Shown piece after piece: positions 1 through 11,444 of a stretch of DNA of 64,000 nt. Each line of letters opens with the position of its first letter. Position 1 is the stretch's first letter. The stretch is from Octopus bimaculoides (lineage: Eukaryota): NCBI RefSeq assembly GCF_001194135.2, contig NC_068985.1, forward strand, positions 43,957,538-44,021,537. Direction: 5' to 3'. The translations under genes and the position numbers were made by a program. Below the pieces are notes generated by a model. That model was not told the origin of the DNA. It saw only the letters and a list, made by a program, of their open reading frames with translations, and did not search any database.

Positions 1-244
1 CAATGTGGTGCATAAATTGTCAAGGAAATGAGACGCATCTTTGCCTCCACTGATTCACTTGCAAAGTGTTGAGTAAAATTATTTCGTTGCAGACCTCCTT
101 TGGGTCTTTTTATTACCACTACGACACACATAGTCCCCAGTTGGTAACATTGATTTCAAGGCCCTCCTAGATGAGAGACTGGCATTCCACTTAATGTCTA
201 TGTTCCATGCTGGCATGGATTGGATAGTTATTAATGTAGAAATA

Positions 245-346
245 TGGTATCGTAGCTACTAACAGTTGAGGGTTGCGTAGTCTAGACGGCGTTTTTAGAT
301 TTCATTATTCTCTTTAACCCGGGCAAAGCCTGGTATTTCTGTTAGT
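245..346 (+). mobile_element. Helitron-like 3' terminus
   Basis: Hairpin CCGGG-CAAAG-CCTGG (319-333) followed 8 nt later by TTAG|T, a variant of CTAG|T. This is the canonical Helitron 3' layout. The 5' boundary is uncertain. Confidence 0.45.
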
Positions 347-465
347 AATATATAAAAATAGAGATGACTTAGCTATTGTTCATGTCTTCGAGAGCTTTGT
401 TGTGGGTTCTATCAGCATAGAAATTCCAAAACGATTTGGCTTGAAGTTGGAAATCTATCACATGT

Positions 466-725
466 GATCATGTGACCAACCAGGCTATCAGATGTTACAC
501 ATCGCTGGTCACAATGCACTTCTACATCGTTTTATCCTTCAAATGATGCCAACCTGCTGGCTAGGCAAGCAGGCCAACAATCCCCACTGATAGAAAGAGG
601 GACTGGAGCAGCGTGAAATGAAGTGTTTTGCTCAAGAACACAACACATCACCCAATCAGGGAATCGAACCCACAATCTGGAGACCGTGAGTGCAACAGTC
701 TAACCACTAAACTACGTGGCTTCAC
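466..725 (-). mobile_element. tRNA-headed SINE (family C-like)
   Basis: Minus strand has a tRNA-like head (TAGTGGTTAG..GGTTCGATTCC) then the TTGAGCAAAACACTTCATTTCACG core. The body is shared with 4605-4923 and 38440-38720. Confidence 0.75.
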
Positions 726-1019
726 ATACACACACACACCACCACCATCATCATCATCATCATCATTTAACATCTGCTTCCCATGCTGACATGACATCTC
801 CCATGTTATGACTGACTCAGGTTACAAGATTTCATGCTTACGTTAATTGTAACAGTCTATAAATTTAATGATTTCAAAGCTACCCTCACTTCTTGTGCAA
901 AATGTCATTTCGTGGTGTTTTTGCTATGATCAACGTACAGTTAACAATTTGAAGAACTATAATCATGATACATACATGTGTGTGCGTGTGTTTGGCTTAC
1001 AATGAATATGTTTGTCAGC

Positions 1020-1046
1020 CTGTCTATCTACTTATCTGTTTGTCTG

Positions 1047-1093
<47 letters not shown>

Positions 1094-1140
1094 GTTTATA
1101 GTCTATCTGTTTGTCTGTCTGTCCGTCTGTCTATCTATAT
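1020..1140. repeat. (TCTA)n/(TCTG)n microsatellite
   Basis: Directly visible tetranucleotide repeat; explains the ORFs at 965 and 978. Confidence 0.95.
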
Positions 1141-1699
1141 ATTTATTTGTCAACACAACCACCATCAACAATAAAACCAATACAACTGCTACCATAACTA
1201 AAGGAATATGTAGATTTTTTTATTGCTTAATCAGAGAGAGGATTGCAGCTTCATCCCCATAATCCACGATCCTTTACAGGACCCCTGAAACTGCTAGAGA
1301 ATAAAGAGTAAGTTTTCCTCATGCTGGAGACACGACCTAAATACTTAAAACAGTGTGAACTCTGTTATAGGCATCCAAGAGCCATGTGATGGTGAACCAT
1401 TCAGGTGATAGATTAAATCTACCGCTCAAGAACACAGAATGCAAAAGGCCAGAACAAATACCACAAAGTACCTCATCTGACACTCTGATAATTCCATCCA
1501 TCCATCCATCATCACCCTTGGACTGGTTCTTTATTTTCTTGACCCCTATAAAGATGAAAAGCAAAGTTGGCTTCAGATGAATTTGAACTCTAAGACTGAA
1601 AGCTAAAACAAATATCCCAGAGCATTTTGTCTTGATGACTCTGCCAGACTAAACCTAGTATTTATTTCATTTAGTTCTTTCACTAAATAGGGGCCAAAA

Positions 1700-1919
1700 A
1701 GGTGGCAAGCTGGCAGAAACGTTAGCACATTGGGCAAAAATGCTTAGCAGCATTTTCTCAGTCCATAATTTCTGAGTTCAAATTCTGCCAAGGTCGACTT
1801 TGCCTTTCATCCTTTCAGGGTCGATAAATTAAGTACCAATTGCATACTGGGGCCAATCTAATCGACTGGCCCCGTTTCCCAAAATTTCAGGGCTTGTGCC
1901 TAGAGTAGAAAAGAATAAG
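1700..1919 (+). mobile_element. SINE family B, near full length, 12-bp TSD
   Basis: A-box-like TGGCAGAAACGTTAG and B-box GAGTTCAAATTC, then the GTCGACTTTGCCTTTCATCCTTTC core. TAGGGGCCAAAA flanks both sides (1688-1699, 1920-1931). Confidence 0.9.
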
Positions 1920-2002
1920 TAGGGGCCAAAATAAACCCTAGCATAGTTTCAGTTCAGTTAATGAGTAATGAAATATATTCTGTGAATAAATTGGTCAGTT
2001 AT

Positions 2003-2160
2003 CTTTTACTTGTTTTAGTCATTGGACCGCCTTGAAGAATTTTTAGTCAAATGAATCAACCCCCAGTACTTACTAATTTTTTAAGCCTGGTACTTATTCA
2101 CTCAGTCTTTTTGGGGGACTTAACAAGTGGTGCTGAGAGATAAACACATATACAAAGACA
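2003..2160 (-). mobile_element. SINE family A, 3' part
   Basis: Matches the family A tail CTTTTACTTGTTT(C)AGTCATT..CCTGGTACTTATT. Confidence 0.75.
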
Positions 2161-2586
2161 CGCACATAGATATAGATATCCTTGCTTTTATGTTAAACTG
2201 TTGTATGTCTAAATTTGGTCAAATGCATATTTTTCAATATTTTCTTTGCAATAGCTGGTTCTTTTGGTCAAACTATTGTATCTCCAGCTGCTTCAGATGC
2301 CAAGATATCAAAAGTTATCAAAGTGTAGTACAACGGTTTTGCTCTGGAATGGCGAAGCTCACGTATTGTCCTTGCCTTCGAAACGTGGAGTAGATGGAAC
2401 AGGGACAACTGAAGAAGGGAAATATTCTTTATGTTGCATGTCCCGTTTCTCTGTTTGTTTTTTTTGTTGTGCGAAAAAATGTTCATTTTCTGTCTTCGTC
2501 TTTATGTTTTNNNNNNNNNNNNNNNNNNNNNNNNNNNNNNNNNNNNNNNNNNNNNNNNNNNNNNNNNNNNNNNNNNNNNNNNNNNN

Positions 2587-2775
2587 ATATATATATATAT
2601 ATATATATACACATACAATGGGCTTCTTTCAGTTTCCATTTACCAAATCCATTCACAAGGCTTTGGTCAGTCTGAGGCTATTGTAGAAGACACTCGCCTA
2701 AGGTGCCATGAAGTGGGAACTGATCATGGAACTAAGAGGTTGGGAAGAAAACTTCATACCACATAGCCATGCCTG
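2587..2775 (-). mobile_element. SINE family A, 5' part
   Basis: GGGCTTCTTTCAGTTTCC..ACCAAATCCATTCACAAGGCTTTGGTC..; reverse complement of the family A head. Confidence 0.8.
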
Positions 2776-2880
2776 AAATATTCTTTATCTTAAATAAAAG
2801 GAATCTATGTGAGGCTTTTGTTTTTTGTTTTTTTTTTATTGTTTTTTTTTTGTTGAAATAAAGGGGATTAGCATACACAG

Positions 2881-3055
2881 TAATTAGGGTCAATTAGTTG
2901 TTGAGGTAGTCTTTATAATTAGGTGTAAATTAATTTAGTGACAGTTCTTATAATAAGGGGGTCCAGATTAGTCTTGGCATGGTTGTTGTTATAATTAGGG
3001 GTCAAATTAGCCCCAGTAGTAACTGTAATTATAATTAGGGGCCCGACTATAAGGA
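2881..3055. repeat. Degenerate 35-41 bp minisatellite with TAATTAGGGGTC core
   Basis: Core starts at 2881, 2916, 2951, 2992 and 3032. Confidence 0.7.
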
Positions 3056-3151
3056 CAATGTAAGAAAGTATTATTGACCTTTGTTTCTTCAGGTTTCATA
3101 TTTCTATTGCCTCAGCCTGGATATTACTGGTGGTTTTGCCAGTTAGGAAGA

Positions 3152-3154
<3 letters not shown>

Positions 3155-3182
<28 letters not shown>

Positions 3183-3562
3183 TCACCACCACCTCCTCCA
3201 TTTTTTTTTAACACCATATCTACCAGAATGGCAATTAACATCATCACTGCCACCACCACTACCACAAGACGACATCCACCATCACCACTACCACCGTTAT
3301 CACTACTAAGACAGCTACCACCACCACCATTGCCACTATTGCCACCACTACCACCACTACCAAGATGACAACCGCCACCGTTATCACCACCACTGCCACC
3401 ACCATCATTAAATTACCTCTGCCATTAATAGAATTACTGCTACTGCTACCACCTCCAGCATCATTACTGTTATTATCAACCCCAGCACTACCACCAATCA
3501 CTCCCACCACTACTTGCATTAATAACACCATCACCACTTCTACTAATACCACCACCACCATC
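3155..3562. repeat. (ACC/ACT/ATC)n compound microsatellite
   Basis: Directly visible; explains the poly-Thr and poly-Val ORFs. Confidence 0.95.
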
Positions 3563-3769
3563 AACATCTGCCCTTTTCATAATACCCCACCACTCAAAAT
3601 ATAAAGAAGGCACCCACTTAATGGCATTTACTAAACAATTTAACTTATTGACTCCTCTTTACCCAGACAATGAAGTACTGAATAATCTGTGAGGTTGAAG
3701 TAATTCCATAACACTAGAGTAATAGTTCTCAACCATTTTTTACCTATTTCTTTCTCTTTTACTCAGTTC

Positions 3770-3972
3770 TGAAGCAGTGGTGGGGGCCAAACGTAGACAC
3801 ACACACACACACATGATGTGCTTCTTTCAGTTTCCATTCACCAAATCCATTCATGAGGTTTCGGTCAACCAGAGGCTATAGTAGAAGACACTTTCCCAAG
3901 GTGCCATGCAGTAGGACTGAACCCGGAACCATAAGGTTGTGAAGCAAGCTTCTTACCACTCAAGCCATGCCA
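3770..3972 (-). mobile_element. SINE family A (head and middle)
   Basis: Reverse complement of the family A head. Confidence 0.8.
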
Positions 3973-4044
3973 TGCTTCTTTTGGTTGTCTCCTCACATAT
4001 ACTTGGCTGGTGGTCAGAAATAAGGTAATGGATGACTTGTCCAA

Positions 4045-4207
4045 GGTGCAGGAGTGGCTGTGTGGTAAGAAGCTTGCTTCCCAATCACACGGTTCCAGGT
4101 TCAATCCTACTGCATGGCATCTTGGACAAGTATCATCTACTATTGCTCTGCCCTGACCAAAGCCTTGTGAGTGGATTTGGTAGATGGAAACTGAAAGAAG
4201 CCCGTCA
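4045..4207 (+). mobile_element. SINE family A head
   Basis: GGAGTGGCTGTGTGGTAAGAAGCTTGCTTCCCAATCACACGGTTCCAGGTTCAATCC..GGAAACTGAAAGAAGCCCGTC. Confidence 0.9.
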
Positions 4208-4227
4208 TATATATATATGTATATATA

Positions 4228-4445
4228 CAGGGGTTGGACAAAATAATGGGAACATCTTAAAATTTCAAACAAATTTATTTTAATATGGGGTAGGAACACC
4301 TTTTGCAGTAATTACAGCTTGAATTCTACAAGCTATGGACTTGTAAAAAGTTTGAATTGTTTCCAAAGGAATTTTTGTCCATTCTTCAGCTAAAACAGTC
4401 TCCAGTTCTTGTAGTGATGATAGTGGAAGATATCGACTCCTTGTT
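4228..4445 (-). mobile_element. Tc1-family transposon 3' end (transposase C-terminus plus TIR)
   Basis: Minus ORF LQELETVLAEEWTKIPLETIQTFYKSIACRIQAVITAKGVPTPY* matches the Tc1 C-terminal motif (EEW..I..SM..R..AVI.AKG..T.Y). TIR CAGGGGTTGGACAAAATAATGG follows a TA at 4226-4227. Confidence 0.9.
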
Positions 4446-4604
4446 TTTTTTAAATGCACCATAAAGAAGGCAGTCTGGGTCAAATGCTTCTCTTTGCTGT
4501 GTCCTCACATATTTATGTGTTTATTTGGAAAGAAAAAAATGACCATCCTGAAATATAATAACAACCCATATGCAAAAATGTTGCCACAGCATTATATGTA
4601 AAAT

Positions 4605-4923
4605 CACTGTATTGACTAGACTATCAGATGCTGTTATACACTGCTGGTCACAATGCGCTTCTCACATTTTTGTGGTTTTGAAAATGACACCACCCTGCTG
4701 ACTGGGTGGCATCATATAAGTGACTGAGATAACAATATTTACCCTAAAGAGGATGCCAGTCCATCACAGGGTGACTCATTCACTGCTGAGTGGACTGGAG
4801 CAGTGTGAATTAAAGTGTTTTGCTAAAGAACACAATTCATTGCCCAGTCTGAGAATTGAGACCATGATCTTGTGATTGCAAGTGCAACACTACGACACCC
4901 AAACCACTAGACCATATCTTCTC
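4605..4923 (-). mobile_element. SINE family C-like, 12-bp TSD
   Basis: TATATGTAAAAT at 4593-4604 and 4924-4935; tRNA-like head at the right end. Confidence 0.8.
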
Positions 4924-5171
4924 TATATGTAAAATACAAAGCAAAAAACAAACAAAACAAAGTAGCTAATATATACCATGAAACAATGGCACAACAAAAT
5001 CAAGCCTCCTGCAATATAATAACACTAATGGACTTGAAATCACCTTTATAGAACTAAGGGTTTTCATCATTTTACATAGCATTCAGACTGCGAGAAACAC
5101 CATGTAAATACAAGTGCAGAACACTTTTTTGTTTTTAGTACAGAGAACATGCTGGTGGCTTTGTAATATAT

Positions 5172-5552
5172 CTTTTATCTTTTACTTGTTTCAGTCACTG
5201 GATTGTAGCCATGCTGGGACACAGCCTTGAAGAATTTTCAGTCTAATGAATTGATCTCGTGCTTATATCTTTTTAAACCTGGTACTTATTCTATCACTCT
5301 CTTTTGCCAAACAGCTAGGTGACTGGGATGTAAACACACCAAAACTGGTTGTCAAGCAGTGGTGGGGTACAAACATAGGTACTTACACACATGCACACAC
5401 ACACAATGTGATTCTTTCAGTTTCTGTCTACCAAATACATTCACATGACTTTGGTTGGCCCAAGGCTATAGTAGAAGACATTTACCCAAGTTGCCACACA
5501 GAAGGACTGAACCTGGAACTATGTGGGTGGGAAGCGAGCTTCTTACCACACA
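5172..5552 (-). mobile_element. SINE family A, near full length
   Basis: Tail, internal (CA)n and head all present as reverse complement. Confidence 0.9.
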
Positions 5553-5940
5553 GTATTGTGTAACTAAACACTATGAGGTACTGTTACACACTAGAGTTGT
5601 GAAATTCAAAGTAAAAACTAGCAACATAAACACATTGCTGCAATGATTTCTAATGGAGACACAAAGTCTCAAATATAGGAAATGAAACTTGAGTGAAAGG
5701 AAATTTTGTGTTTCATTTTATTGATCCTGTAAAGATGAAAGGTAAATAAAATTGATCTTGATGGAATTTGAGCTCAGAATATAAAATTCAGGAATAAATA
5801 TTAGTTTCAAATTTTGGCACTAGGCCATTGATACTCGGAGATGGGGTAAGTCAATGGTGGAATTTGAAATCAGACTGTAAAATCAGGAATAAATATTACA
5901 AGTCATTTTGTCCAACTCACTACCCTATAAAACACATTAA

Positions 5941-6141
5941 CCCTTTTGATAACAACTCAGCCTCTGCCTCTGTAGTACAAATGTCTTGCTTTCATAAGTC
6001 TTGAATTAAAATCTTAGTCACAATTTATGTTCCTAACAACAGCTTAATGATAACTAAGTTGTTTTACTAAATTCTTTGTTATATTTAAAATTACTTGAAA
6101 GAAACACAGAACATCTCAAAGTAAATAAAGTAACAAAAGAG
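5941..6141. mobile_element. piggyBac-like MITE
   Basis: TTAA|CCCTTTTGATAAC ... GTAACAAAAGAG|TTAA; imperfect TIRs with TTAA on both sides. Confidence 0.7.
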
Positions 6142-6199
6142 TTAATATAATTAAGTATGTTCATATCACCATACCCCATACTTGCTAAGAAACTTTGTG

Positions 6200-6525
6200 A
6201 AAGCACATAGAGCATTGGGTTCACAATCACGAGGTAGTGAGTTCAATTCCCAGACCAGGCTGTGTGTTGTGTTCTTGAGCAAGACACTTTATTTCACGTT
6301 GCTTCAGTCCACTCAGCTGTGGAAATGAGTTGTAACGTCATTGGTGCCAAGCTGTATTGGCCTTTTGCCTTTCCCTTGGATAACATCGGTGGTGTGGAGA
6401 GAGGAGGCTGGTATGCACGGGTAATTGCTGGTCTTCCATAAACAAACTTAACCGGACTTGTGCCTCAGAGGGGAACTTTCTTGGTGCACTACCATGGTCA
6501 TTCATGACCAAAAGGGGGTCCCTTA
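6200..6525 (+). mobile_element. SINE family C variant
   Basis: tRNA-like head (GAGTTCAATTCC) and TTGAGCAAGACACTTTATTTCACGTTGC core. Part of the body recurs at 51000-51180. Confidence 0.8.
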
Positions 6526-6876
6526 TCACTACACCACCAACTTGACTTAGTTTTTTACAAAGTTACACATTTCAGGTACAACTTAACACTACCCTAAATA
6601 CCATTACCATAGGAAATACTCAATGAACACAATACATTATTGCATTCAGGTATAAAAGCAATACGTCTAAGACAAGAGGAATGCAATAGCATCACAGCTA
6701 AACTTCATTCATACTCTGAACAACCTACACTAATATACCATAGGTTTTTTTCACTGACACAAATACATATATTGACAGGTTTTGCACTTCCTGGGTTTTG
6801 ATGATCAAATATAAACAATAGATGATGACTGTTTCCAATTTACAAACATCTATATGTGTGAATGTATGCTTGCACA

Positions 6877-6974
6877 TCAAAGCGAGCTCCTTAAAAACAA
6901 ATTCAGCATTTTGTGCACTAATTATGATATCATATGATCTGCTAATGAATCTGTTTTTAAGGAGCTCGCTTTGA
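6877..6974. other. Perfect 23-bp inverted repeat (hairpin)
   Basis: TCAAAGCGAGCTCCTTAAAAACA (6877-6899) is the exact reverse complement of 6952-6974. Confidence 0.95.
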
Positions 6975-7197
6975 GAGTTGCATTCCCTCGCGTTCGGTAC
7001 ACTGTATATATTTATTATGGTAGTTTTGACTTTGAGTCCCTCATAGCATGAGGCATTTATGTGTAGTAATGCCCTTAATATGAATATATTTAAAGGGAAT
7101 AATTAAAAAATTTTCACACTGACTACTTGATAAATTCTAATAAAGATTTTATCCTATTTTAAAATTTTATATATATATGTATGTATGTGCATATATA

Positions 7198-7237
<40 letters not shown>

Positions 7238-7242
<5 letters not shown>

Positions 7243-7484
7243 TCATCATCATCGCTTAACGTCCGCTTTCCATGCTAGCATGGGTTGGACGATTTGACTG
7301 AGGACTGGTGAACCAGATGGCTACACCAGACTCCAATCTGATTTGGCAGAGTTTCTACAGCTGGATGCCCTTCCTAATGCCAACCACTCCGAGAGTGTAG
7401 TGGGTGCTTTTACGTGCCATCGGCACGAAGGGCAGTCAGGCGGTACTGGCAACGGCTACGCTCAAAATGGTGTATTTTATGTGC
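7238..7484 (-). mobile_element. RTE LINE 3' UTR with (GAT)n tail, running into a gap
   Basis: Reverse complement of 50276-50517, which lies downstream of an RTE ORF. Confidence 0.9.
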
Positions 7485-8359
7485 NNNNNNNNNNNNNNNN
7501 NNNNNNNNNNNNNNNNNNNNNNNNNNNNNNNNNNNNNNNNNNNNNNNNNNNNNNNNNNNNNNNNNNNNNNNNNNNNNNNNNNNNNNNNNNNNNNNNNNNN
7601 NNNNNNNNNNNNNNNNNNNNNNNNNNNNNNNNNNNNNNNNNNNNNNNNNNNNNNNNNNNNNNNNNNNNNNNNNNNNNNNNNNNNNNNNTTAAAATTAGAC
7701 ATGCGTACAGTTCTACTGATTAGATTGGGGTTATTTTCAAAATATCTCAGCTCTGGCATGCTAAATTCCGGAAACAGTTCTGCAGAGTATAATTCACTGC
7801 AGTATATGTTGCCGGTTAGAGAACATAATTATTTATATTTATATACTGAGGGTGATAAATTGAATATTAATTTCAATTTAAAACCAGTGGTCTAGCATAT
7901 AAAAAAAATCTGATAATTCAGAAAAATTGTATTACATGCATATAAGAAGGGATGACCACTAGGTGGACATCCAATATGCTAGAAAGAGGTCATCAACAAC
8001 CCAACCACAAAAGAAAAATCATGTTCTCCAGAAAAAATTCAGAAAAATACCAGAGCTTAGGTGGGCACAGATGATTTTATATAAGTAAAAGAGTTAATGG
8101 GGAAACCGGTACACAATCAATTCTTTATTTTTCATATATTTTTCATTTTGTCCTGCCCGTTTGAAACATTTAAAGATGTTTTTCTAATTCATAATTCTAA
8201 ATTTTTACCATTGATTAACAAAAAATATTGTTGAAACTAGTTTGGTATAAATGTAAATAAATTTGTTTTAAACAATTACAAGCTTTTCAAATTTAGGTAC
8301 ATTTTCAACAACAAATTTGCCTATATTGTTTCCTGCATGAAAATACACCCACTCTTTTG

Positions 8360-8403
<44 letters not shown>

Positions 8404-8821
8404 NNNNNNNNNNNNNNNNNNNNNNNNNNNNNNNNNNNNNNNNNNNNNNNNNNNNNNNNNNNNNNNNNNNNNNNNNNNNNNNNNNNNNNNNNNNNNNNNN
8501 NNNNNNNNNNNNNNNNNNNNNNNNNNNNNNNNNNNNNNNNNNNNNNNNNNNNNNNNNNNNNNNNNNNNNNNNNNNNNNNNNNNNNNNNNNNNNNNNNNNN
8601 NNNNNNNNNNNNNNNNNNNNNNNNNNNNNNNNNNNNNNNNNNNNNNNNNNNNNNNNNNNNNNNNNNNNNNNNNNNNCATGAGAGTTTTCAAACATGTTAC
8701 CTTGTATGAAAGCAACAAGTTTAATGTAGGTTTGGTTACTACCATAGTGTTGGTTTGTGGGAGTGGTGGTGGTGGAAGTAGTAGGTGTAGTGGTGGAAAC
8801 AGGAGTGTCAACCATTAATAT

Positions 8822-9157
8822 TCAAATGATATATCATCATCACCACCACCACCACCACCACCACCACCACCACCACCATCATTATCGTCATCACCATCAT
8901 CATCATCACTATTGTCGTCATCATCATCATCATCATCATCACTATCGTTGTCATCACCATCATCATCATCACTATTGTTGTCGTCATCATCATCATCATC
9001 ATCATCCATACCATCGTCATTGTCATCATCATCATCATCACCATCTGCTTCTTCTTCAACGCAGTCGTCATCATCAGCTGCAATGGCAGCACCATCATCT
9101 TTTAATTAGCAATACCATCAACACAAACATAAGCAACAAAGATAACCTCAAGAATAG

Positions 9158-9192
<35 letters not shown>

Positions 9193-9680
9193 GCAACATC
9201 AACATCAGTAAAATATCATAAACACCAGCAGCAACTCGATCCCCTCCCCACCACCACCGTGTGGGGTGGCAGTACAGTACATACGGTGGAGTGAAGTAAC
9301 ATGGTATGAGGGAGTGGAGGAGCTTTAGTTATCAATGGCACCAATGTGGGAGACGTTGTTGTCATGGTTTTGTCGTCCTTACTATCTTCCCCTTGTCAGA
9401 ATCCCTATCCCTCATCATCATTATCATCATCAACATCATCACCACCATAATCATTATCATTATCATCACCACCACCACCACCACCACCACCATCATCATC
9501 ATCACTAGCAAAATTACTACCACCTCCACAAACACACAATCACAACTACTACTACTACCACCGCCACCGCCACCACCACCAGTTATATTCAGTGTTGCAG
9601 ACATCACTACTCCAACCACCACCAACACCACCACCACCACCACCACCACCACCACCATCATCATCAATAATGTCATGCAA
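8822..9680. repeat. (CAT)n/(CAC)n/(AAC)n microsatellite fields
   Basis: Directly visible; these produce the His-, Asp- and Thr-rich ORFs. Confidence 0.95.
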
Positions 9681-10197
9681 CACTAGCTAGCTCTACACCC
9701 CCACCACCAGTGCTACTACCCCAACATATCTCTGAACATACCCATCCTCAGTATTTATAATGATGTAAATTTTACCCAGATATGGGTTAGCCCAAAATGA
9801 AGGGTAGGTGGATGAGGGTATACTTACTAGTTCTTGTTGTTATTGTTACTGTTGTTGTTGTTGCTGCTGCCACTGTTGTTACTGTTATTGTTGTAACCAG
9901 TTCATACAGTTTTGACATTTACTCAAAGAACACCCTCTTCCACTTTGGCAGCTGTCGCCATTCACTAAGTAACTTTAATACTGTGTGTGTGTGTGAGTGT
10001 ACATGTGCATATGTGTGTGTGTATATATATATGTATGTATGTATTTATGTATAAAATTTGTTTTTTGCCAATATTATTTGAATTAATATGAATAATATCT
10101 TTATGGGGTTTTTGTAGCCCTATTCTTCCTCTACAACTTTTGTTTATCATATTCGAAATTTGAATAAAGTTTGGGGGGTTTTTCAGAACATATGCTG

Positions 10198-10570
10198 ATG
10201 GAGTGCCAAGTTGAAAAATATGAACGTTTTCAACACCAGCTTCTCTTTGCTTCCAATCAGAGTTCCAAAGCTGCTCAAAGTTCCTTGAGACATTTGTACT
10301 GTTTATGAAAAAGGTACTATTATTCAAAGAACTGCACAGAGATGGTTTTTACAATTCAAGGAAAGGAAATTTGACCTTACAGACTCTTTGCATTCTGGCC
10401 AACCTGTCCACTTCAATGAAGATTGACAGAATGAGCTCATCCACGAGCATCCCCATCTATCCACCAGAAAATTAGCTCAGTAAATGGGATACTCTCATGA
10501 TGTTGTCACCCGTCACCTTTGCTCAATGGGTAAGGTCCAAAAACTAGGTGCATGGGTGCCACGTGCTCTA
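10198..10570 (+). mobile_element. Mariner transposase N-terminal remnant (HTH domains to WVPxxL)
   Basis: With frameshifts and stops it reads MECQVEKYERFQHQLLF..RDICTVY..TAQRWF..FDL.D..SG.P..STRKLAQ..RHLCSMGKVQKLGAWVPRAL, matching the mariner WVPHEL motif. Confidence 0.9.
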
Positions 10571-10948
10571 AACTAGAAAAGCACTCGGAGAGCGCAAACC
10601 TCTGCCAAGCTCATTTTAAGATAGATACGCGAGTAAAATTACTAACAGAGAAGCGAAAATAAACTTTGGAAACAACAACGCCACCATAGTTATGTGGAAC
10701 GATGAACGTGTTTTCAAGGGAGATAATCAAAGAATGTAACCTTGTATTACTTCATGCAAAGTAAATATAACAAATGAAAAATCCTTCAAGAATCCATAAA
10801 TATTTCCCAGATCACTGTTCCTTGTGTCATTACCAACTTTTCCTGTAAGTTTCATCAAATACCATTCACAACTTTTTGAGTTATTTTGCACACAAACGGA
10901 CAAGCCAATGCCAATGAAAACATAACCTCCTTCCTTGGCAGAGGTAAT
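10571..10948 (-). mobile_element. Non-autonomous Helentron/DINE-like element
   Basis: Perfect 12-bp subterminal inverted repeats ACCTCTGCCAAG (10598-10609) and CTTGGCAGAGGT (10934-10945). The minus-strand 3' end has the hairpin GCGCTC-TCC-GAGTGC then TTTTCTAGTT. Confidence 0.65.
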
Positions 10949-11444
10949 GAAAGAGACAAACTCCAGCACTCTATTTCTCTATTGCTGCTAGTTTGCTCAC
11001 TCAACACTAAGTTACTCATGGACACAAGCAGAGATTTCTTTACAGCATTTTCACTGGCAAGGTAAATTGGTGTCTTTATGAAGCAGAGGAAAGAAGGAAT
11101 GAGTTCCAACATGGATGCAACACCTTAAACCAGCCAGAGCTGCATCCATACAAGACATTCATCAGCATTTAGTAGGATTAGGGCTAATCTACTGCAAAAT
11201 GTTTGGAAGTAATCTTATAGTCAGTGCTGAGCTTTATGTTCAGCAAATGCACAAGCCTATTGAAGTAATTTAGCTGAAATGGCTCTACTAGTGACATGAT
11301 GTTTCAGCTTTAAAGAGTTTTAGTTGAATGAATCCACCCCAACACTTATAATTTTGAAGCCTGGTAATTATTCTATCAGTGTCTTTTGCTGAACTACTAA
11401 GATGTGGGCATGTAAACAACTAACACTGGTTGTCAAGTGGTGGT

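Noticed and set aside
93-143. Possible plus-strand 51-nt exon (TTGCAG|..|GTAACA)
   Set aside because: The peptides are unrecognisable and no partner exon is supported; such site pairs arise by chance.
2881-3055. CRISPR-like repeat-spacer pattern
   Set aside because: Repeats are degenerate, spacers are short, there are no cas genes and the context is eukaryotic. Kept only as a minisatellite.
3093-3141. Possible plus-strand exon after TTTCTTCAG
   Set aside because: Weak donor and no recognisable peptide in any frame.
8757-9221. 154-aa His-rich ORF suggesting a histidine-rich structural protein
   Set aside because: It is pure (CAT/CAC/AAC)n microsatellite, open in several frames on both strands, with no splice or codon signal.
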